DNA from: Asterias rubens
Lineage: Eukaryota
DNA length: 64,000 bases
Assembly (NCBI RefSeq): GCF_902459465.1
Contig: NC_047072.1
Location: 12,214,001 to 12,278,000, forward strand
Reading direction: 5' to 3'
Part shown: positions 57,307-64,000 of the stretch, piece by piece
How the letters are laid out: each line of letters begins with the position of its first letter
Position numbering within the stretch: position 1 is the stretch's first letter
Translations under genes and position numbers: made by a program
The notes under the pieces: generated by a model
The model's input: the letters and a program-made list of their open reading frames with translations, nothing else
Databases searched by the model: none
What the model was told of the DNA's origin: nothing

Positions 57307-58946
57307 AATAAGGTGTTGTACTGTGTTGAAAATATTTCTACAATATTTGCATTTAATTATACAGGCCCTGGCATGAACCTTTCAAACCGCAGAGGGAGAA
57401 CAATCTGCTAACCAGAGGAAAAGTCTGAACACAAGGGCAAAGAACTTCGTGTGTCCATGAATGAAGTCAATGGCACCAAGGCAAAAACACTGTGTGTAAT
57501 TTTTATTCGTTGTGCACCATTGACAAGAGTGATTGATATCATTGTGTGTGCTTAGCGAGTTCCGCACGTACTGAGAGAGCTATTGATGAACTACCCCATG
57601 TTAAGTCAATGGTTATCTACTGCTGATAGCAACATCAATTCGTGTTTCGCGCTCGAAGTGCTCTCGCCTATAAAGTGCTCATATTGTCTTTAATCCCCGC
57701 GAAGTGGTAAAGTGCTTCAATATTGTCTTTGCGATCAACACGTTGAGTATTAGGAGGGAAATGATAAAACAAAGAGTGCCACAATTAACTAATTTTCAAA
57801 GGAGTTTGATTTGAGAAAAGCTAAACATTGACACATTCGGTGTGAAGGGTCTGGATGACACAAACACTGCGTCTGCAGCAGAGCTACAAAGAAGATATAG
57901 ACACGTAGGGGGTTAGTGTGTGTGTGGGTAGGTATCCACATTTAAACCAGTATACAGTGCTTACACACATCGGTGTATATGGGTAAAAACCAAAATTAAT
58001 ATTCTTTATCCCCGATGCAAATTTAACATCTATTACACATTTAAACCGGGAACCTATAACAAAAGGGACAATAGGTCCACGGTTGCTGTCACAAAGAAAA
58101 GCATTGTGGTCCACGGTTGCTATCACAAAGAGTTGAACAAAGGAGGGTGCACGATTGCAGGTGTTTACACACTCTTGTGTGCGGATGACAAATTAAACCA
58201 ATCAGAATTGACAACTATTTGAAGCACAATGAAGTTATAGCTTGGTTTTCATAGAGCTCAAATTAACTCTGACTTCAAAAGGTACAAGACACTCTACTTG
58301 ATGCTGGCTTCAGTATAACAATTAACAGTGTGGCAAAGCTGTCAGTTTTTTTTTTTTATCTGTGGATCGCCATTCGCAAAGGCAGTGGACCTAATTGGTA
58401 AATTAATAAGAAGGTCGCTACATGCAGAGAGGCAGTCGAAGGTACGAGTTGTAAATCTGAAAGGAGACTATTTCTGGAGACAATGGCTGACAAGGGCTCG
58501 TATATTTGATTTATTTATCAAAGGTTCAAACAATACTTGATTTATTTAGGTTGTATTCATAATATATAGCGGACGGAAATTATCACTTATTGTGTTGAAC
58601 ACTGCTCATGTTAATTTTATAAAGTTGCTTCCCGCTGTATGGCTTTCTCTTGTATATTTACACCGTTAGTATCCGTCAAATTCTCCGAAGAGCTAGCTAT
58701 TAATTTGATAAACTTACTTCAAACAAAAACCTGAAGAGGGGTTTGGGGGCTTTGTCTCACGAGGCAACTTTTAATGGGAACTTGGCGGCAACCAACTGCA
58801 GTGCATGCTACCGAAGTACTTTGATAAGCCCATGAGTAATTTGTTTAAAAATTGTATTAAACATTATTTGAACATTCAAATGTGAATGCCCTTTCTTGTT
58901 GAAGATTGCCTGAAACTGGTTGCCAGTAATCTGCTCCGTTGGCCCT

Positions 58947-60113
58947 ATGATGGAACCGCCAGTCAACTGCAGCTACCCTCACTTCACCGACCGTGTAATT
59001 CGTCCTGTAGGGGCGGAGTCCCTCCACCTCACCCTTGCGGCGATCGGGATCCTCGGCAACGGCCTCGTCTTTATTCTCTTCCTACGCCTGCCCATATTGC
59101 GAGTGAACACCACAAATATCTTCCTCTTCAACTTGGCAATCGCGGACTTCTGCAGCTCGGTGTTCCTGGCGATCCGGCCGTACGCATTCGCTCTCAATCC
59201 GGAGAATATAGTCTGGAACGAGTTAGTGTGTCGCTTCTTCAAGTCAGATTTCCCTCTCTGGACTTGCGTAACTGCCTCCATATACAACCTCCTCCTTGTG
59301 ACGTTCGACCGGTACCTGTGCGTCGTCAAGCCGTTTATATACCGTCGATACTTCACTGTGCCGAGGATCCGACTAATGGTCGCACTCTGTTGGATCTTTT
59401 CCGCCATTTTGGAGACATTTTGTTTCTACAGCACTCGCGTGAACGCCTGCGGCCGTTGTGAGATTTACTGGTCTTCCGTCACATTACAGATTGTCTGTGC
59501 TTTCGGTGTGTTCTTCACCACCTATCTATTCCCGACAGTCGTCATGCTCTTCGTGTACGGGAGAATTGTAAAGACCCTAAAGGAGCGAGAGGAGGCTCTG
59601 AAGAACCATCAACAGAGGGCAGCAGCCGCTAGCCTACTCCGTACCCGTCGTAACATCGTCACCATGCTTCAGCTTCTAGTCCTCATGTTCGGTCTCCTCT
59701 GGGCTCCAAACCAGATCCTCTTTCTGGTCATCAGCTTTCCAGGCGTCACCGCTGACATCGAAAGCATTGGTTACACCATCCTCGTTGCAGTGGGATTCCT
59801 GAACTGTGTTGTAAACCCCTTCGTTTACGCCTTTAAAAACCCCAAGTTCAGGAAGGGGTTCATCACCGTTATCTGCTGCCGTCGTGGACACTCTATTTCC
59901 CCGTCTGATTTCAACGGCAGCGGCGGTGATGACTCTCTTACAGTGAACTCCAACAAAGTTACCGTCTCTGTAGTCAAACAAAGTGCTATCGTTGCGTCCC
60001 AGAAAGAATTTGCAGGGCAGTTGAACCACGTTCGTTTCGAAGACCAGATGGAAATACAGGGACGGCCCCCATCAGTTAAAACTGATAGAGCGTCTGACAT
60101 TCTAGAAGAGTAG
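58947..60113 (+). CDS. Intronless rhodopsin-family (class A) GPCR, peptide-receptor-like (galanin/allatostatin/somatostatin type) or orphan chemoreceptor, about 388 aa
   Basis: In-frame TGA at 58911, then ATGATGG. Seven hydrophobic segments with GN (TM1), LAIAD (TM2), C and FDRY (TM3), W (TM4), FP (TM5), LWAP (TM6), NPFVY (TM7) and CC in helix 8. Confidence 0.92.
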   Translation: MMEPPVNCSYPHFTDRVIRPVGAESLHLTLAAIGILGNGLVFILFLRLPILRVNTTNIFLFNLAIADFCSSVFLAIRPYAFALNPENIVWNELVCRFFKSDFPLWTCVTASIYNLLLVTFDRYLCVVKPFIYRRYFTVPRIRLMVALCWIFSAILETFCFYSTRVNACGRCEIYWSSVTLQIVCAFGVFFTTYLFPTVVMLFVYGRIVKTLKEREEALKNHQQRAAAASLLRTRRNIVTMLQLLVLMFGLLWAPNQILFLVISFPGVTADIESIGYTILVAVGFLNCVVNPFVYAFKNPKFRKGFITVICCRRGHSISPSDFNGSGGDDSLTVNSNKVTVSVVKQSAIVASQKEFAGQLNHVRFEDQMEIQGRPPSVKTDRASDILEE

Positions 60114-60477
60114 AAGATGCAAAACTGACATCACAAGTCTATAAACGGACATTGGAGCATGGACTTCCTTTAAACAATTACACAGCTCACACTTGAACAC
60201 TTATAAATAACTTGGATATTTTAAGGGAACTTGTGTATCGTAGCGCGGTATACAAAAGTGTACAAATTGCTAATTTGCAGACGGCCGGGTCACAACGTGC
60301 ATAGTTGCCGAGCGTCCATGCATGAGCCGTCGATTTTACCAAACTCATCCTAACTTAGGATTAATCCTAGGACCTGGGACGAGTTTAGTTTCCTGTTCGA
60401 AGACGTTGGACGCATTGAACCCGGGTTCCTCGTCCTATGTCGAGATATGATTATCGTTTCGTGACATCGGCTGCAGA

Positions 60478-60610
60478 GCATCTAGCTTAAGAGCAGCGTC
60501 ATTAGAGTGTGGGTTCGAATCCCGGTCATGACGTTTGTTTTCTTGGGGAAGACACTTAGCTGTAATTGCATCGCATCAGAAGTAAATGGGCACCTGTGAG
60601 TACCCATTGA
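60478..60610 (+). mobile_element. tRNA-derived SINE head fragment
   Basis: B-box GGTTCGAATCC (60512-60522) followed by a GGGGAAGACACTT motif like the other SINEs. Confidence 0.55.
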
Positions 60611-61454
60611 TGAGGGGCAATTTCTGTTTGGCAAAAATAATAGTGCACACTTTCTTTTGTTCTGTTTCACTAAATTGATAAACTGATATACAGCAGTTTT
60701 TTGTTATTTCTTCATAATGTCATATAGTCACCGCCAGGGCCCAACATTTCATAAAACATGTTTATAAGGAGCCGTTTTGTGCTAACGGAGCAGAATTTCT
60801 AGTTCATAAAGCTGTTTACTGTAAGCAAGTATAAATGCTCGCTAACCCGTGGTAAGCACATTGGTGGCGCAACAACTAACGCAAATCTATGGTGAACGCG
60901 CATGCGCACCTAGACAATGTAGGCCTACTTGAGAAATCATGGTGAAATACGTTTTTTGCTTACGCACATTTTTATGTTACAGTAAGCACAAATATTTGTT
61001 TAGCGAAATTGGGTATGAGCTAGATTTCTGAAGCTCGTGACGGCATACCAAACCAGTGCTCTATAAATGTAGTGAACAGGCTGCTTCGTGAGAAATGTAA
61101 TACCTCATTGCTTTATAGAAGTGTAAATTAATTTAAATTTACTTTACTTTTAAAACTATTGTCATCTACCGAAAATGTAAAAGTGTCTTTTTAAACGTTG
61201 TGTATTCACAATAAGAAAAGTGTGGTCAGTGACTATTTTCTATAAATGATAAATAAAAAATTATGTCATGAAATAAAATCAACATTGTAAAAACCAAATT
61301 TTAACAAACTATTAAGTTATATAACTATCTATTAATCAGGTGAAATTCTACAAACAGTGTAATTCAAGCTTTGAATTTAAAACTCATAAATTATTTGGAG
61401 TGTATTATTGGATCTGCTCGATCAATCGTCAAATCAAAATTATTTTCTTTGTAA

Positions 61455-61487
<33 letters not shown>

Positions 61488-61490
61488 GTT
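61455..61490. repeat. (TGT)n microsatellite
   Basis: Direct tandem TGT units. Confidence 0.9.
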
Positions 61491-61764
61491 TGATGTTTTT
61501 GTTGTTGTGCAGAAAGATGATCATGTATTAAAACAAATATCCAGAGTAGGATAGTGGTGTCCAAGAATTTTGAGTCGTGGGGGGGGGGGGGTCAAACTTT
61601 GGGATTTGGCTTGGGACTGATTGCAGAATCAGCTGAGCTTGCTCAATCTCATCAGATATTCACGATGTCATTTAAATCTGCACAAGTTTAAATAATTTGT
61701 AATTAAATTGACATAGAAATACAGTCATTTAACTTCCACAATAATGGATGTATAGTCAATCATT

Positions 61765-61901
61765 AAAATACTACGTTATTTAGAGGGAGCCGTTTCTCAA
61801 AATGTTTTACACTCTCAACCGCTCCCCATTACTCATTACCAAGTAAGGTTTTATGCTAATCATTATTTTGAGTATTTACGAATGGTGTCCACCGCCTTTA
61901 A
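61765..61901 (-). mobile_element. Family A left-arm fragment
   Basis: GAGGGAGCCGTTTCTCA ... GTGTCCACCGCCT-TTAA. Confidence 0.7.
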
Positions 61902-62522
61902 CATATATTATTTTGTCATAGCTTTATACAAAAATATTAACTATTGTCGATCAACCTTTCTAATTGTACAGTCCTGACTAATTCATCAAGAGTGACATTA
62001 AACCAACCTAGTCTTTGATGACTTAAAGCTGCTGGTGTCAATATGAGTGATTATTTTATTTGATACATCACGGTCTGGTTCGTGTTGACGATCGAAGACC
62101 GTGCCAGGAATAACCCTCCCCGAACTCGTGCTCGTATGCTTTATAATATCTATGCTTTATGCCATCACCACTCACAACATAATGTCGTCTTTGGGTATGG
62201 GCGCGCCCTCATCACCTCATCTGGGAGAGTACGATTATAACTTGCGATTTATACTGAAGCCATTTTGACCCCAGAAGTAAGTTTCGGGCCCAGTGTTTTT
62301 TACATTGCAGGTTGGGGGGGGGGGGGGGGGCAAAAAATAAATCCAATTGAATTCAATTAACTTCAATTTATAAAAGTTACACATCACGTTAAAAACATGA
62401 ACATTGCCTTCCAGTGATAAATGAAAAAAAAAAAACAGTTAAAAATAAACGTTAAATATAAACTACAGGTGTAAAAATATAAACGGGACAAAGAACACAG
62501 AGGCAAAGATATTCTTGGGTAT

Positions 62523-62733
62523 TTAAAGGCAGTGGACACTATTGGTAATTACTAATTACTCAAAATATTTATTAGCATAAAACCTTACTTGGTGACGAGT
62601 AATGGGGAGAGGTTGATGGTATAAAACATTGTGAGAAACGGCTCCCCATTATAAGGCCCTACTCGTAACCAAGAAAAAGGTTTTATGATAATAATTTTTT
62701 TGAGTAATTACCAATAGTGTCCACTGCCTTTAA
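62523..62733. mobile_element. Family A derivative built from two inverted left arms, followed by a right-end fragment sharing the TTAA
   Basis: TTAA-AGGCAGTGGACAC...GGCTCCCC / TACTCGTAACC...TTGAGTAATTACCAATAGTGTCCACTGCCT-TTAA-AGACAGTGGACAC...GTCAAAGAC. Confidence 0.75.
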
Positions 62734-62884
62734 AGACAGTGGACACTATTGGTAATTGTCAAAGACTAGTTTCACAGTTGGCACTTCAGAGGGAGCTCTT
62801 ACAAACTATATACCCCCTCCTCTGTAAAGCTTTACAGGGGGGGGGGGGGGGGAGTATATAGTTTGTTGCTCTGTCTTACATACA

Positions 62885-63070
62885 TCTGGGCCCAATTTCA
62901 CACACAAATTTTTAGCACGAAATTTCTGCAGTTGATAAAAACGGTATTCAACCAAATTTCCATGTTGCATGTTGCTTCTGGTATTCAGCTTTTGTTTGCT
63001 TATCCTGGAAATCACGTGGAAAATTTGGGTGGTAAAATCCTGTTTTTATCAAGGCAAAAATGTTGTTCGC
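62885..63070. mobile_element. MITE family D fragment (reverse homolog of 2906-3151)
   Basis: CTG-GGCCCAATTTC start; shared GGTAAAATCCTGTTTTTATCAAGG block. Confidence 0.6.
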
Positions 63071-63181
63071 TAGTCGATTAGAAATAACAGAACTCAACAA
63101 CATGGACGGTAAAACTTCTTCCAAACTTCAGAGACAAAACTACATCGAGAGGCAAGTGTGAACGCCACGCCCCCAAAACAT

Positions 63182-63352
63182 AGGCCCTTTTCGAACCCAC
63201 GGCTTGGGCTCAGGCTAGCTTGGCCCCGCGAATGTATAGTATTGACATTTTGTGTGCGCTTTGCGTACATACATACAGTACATACCCGTTCGACGATAAA
63301 ACGGAGCCTGAAGCTGAATCCAAAGGCCAACCGTTGTTTCGAAAAGAGCCAT
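63182..63352. mobile_element. Small TIR element (GGCCCTTTTCGAA ... TTCGAAAAGAGCC)
   Basis: TIRs flanked by ATA on both sides; diverged reverse homolog at about 28630-28760. Confidence 0.55.
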
Positions 63353-64000
63353 AATCACTGAATGAAGTGGTTCTCCTGTACTGTATGGTTCCCGTCCCAT
63401 TTATTGCCGTGTATGTTGATGCAGATTAAATCTCAAAGCCAGACTGTTCGGTGACATCACTTTTGTACGTACGTGTACACGACAGACGAAAAAAACATAC
63501 AACGGGTGAGTCACTGTCATTGTTTTAATTGCAAAACTAACAATTTTCATTGATATATTTCAATTATTGATTTAAAGATTCCAGGAATTTATTTGTAAAA
63601 TATTTGGAGCATTTTTTATAAGCCAAGAGTGTCCAATTGTATGTGACAATAGGCATGATATGGCACACATTGTTTGTGAAATATTCTGTACGCGTATTTC
63701 ATAGTGATATCCGTGTATTTTCGACAGCACGGTGTAGGCCGATGTGTTTTCTTTTTTTAATGCATTATTTATTTCAGTAACCACAATACTTGTTGGTTCG
63801 AAGAAAAGAAAAAAACGTTTTTGTGTCTTGACGAAACCTTTCAGCTAATAGTAGTAACTAATCATGCTAGTGTCTCCATCAGTTACAAAGTTAATTGAAT
63901 TTTGAATGATTGTCAAGTCACTTTTGTTTGTCTTTTTTTAACCAAAGATTTATGATTTTCTTTGTCAATATTTGATTAGGTTTTAATTAAGTAAAGTAGG

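Noticed and set aside
45200-58900. Additional Ig genes or pseudogenes between gene 5 and the GPCR
   Set aside because: No Ig motifs or long ORFs seen; the region is AT-rich and repeat-filled. Small non-coding exons cannot be excluded.
5851-60100. Short antisense or alternate-frame ORFs overlapping the six real genes (e.g. 58886-59461, 58979-59407, 44297-44665, 20565-20921)
   Set aside because: Shadow ORFs of GC-richer coding sequence with no recognisable domains.

Overview
AT-rich animal genomic DNA crowded with short non-autonomous transposons. Codon style, AAC/AAG/AAA-ATG-G start contexts, gene types and repeat landscape suggest an invertebrate deuterostome, most likely a sea star (inference, not verified). 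The window opens in the last intron of MSH2, whose terminal coding exon is at 1126-1290. It then holds a cluster of five single-coding-exon immunoglobulin-superfamily type I membrane protein genes (one minus, four plus; about 5.8-45.2 kb). They share a V-type first domain and an unusual four-cysteine second domain, but their cytoplasmic tails differ sharply: ITIM plus EPIYA, ITSM/YxN/NPxY, a PDZ ligand, or an Asp-containing transmembrane helix. An intronless class A GPCR lies at 58.9-60.1 kb. Intergenic DNA is a patchwork of TTAA-flanked (Kolobok-like), CWG-flanked and AT-flanked (PIF/Harbinger/ISL2EU-like) and hAT-like MITEs, tRNA-derived SINEs, Penelope-type hammerhead-ribozyme remnants and microsatellites, often nested. 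The best candidate for an undescribed system is the Ig receptor cluster, which could be a paired immune/allorecognition or adhesion-code locus. All superfamily and function calls come from sequence inspection only; no database searches were run.
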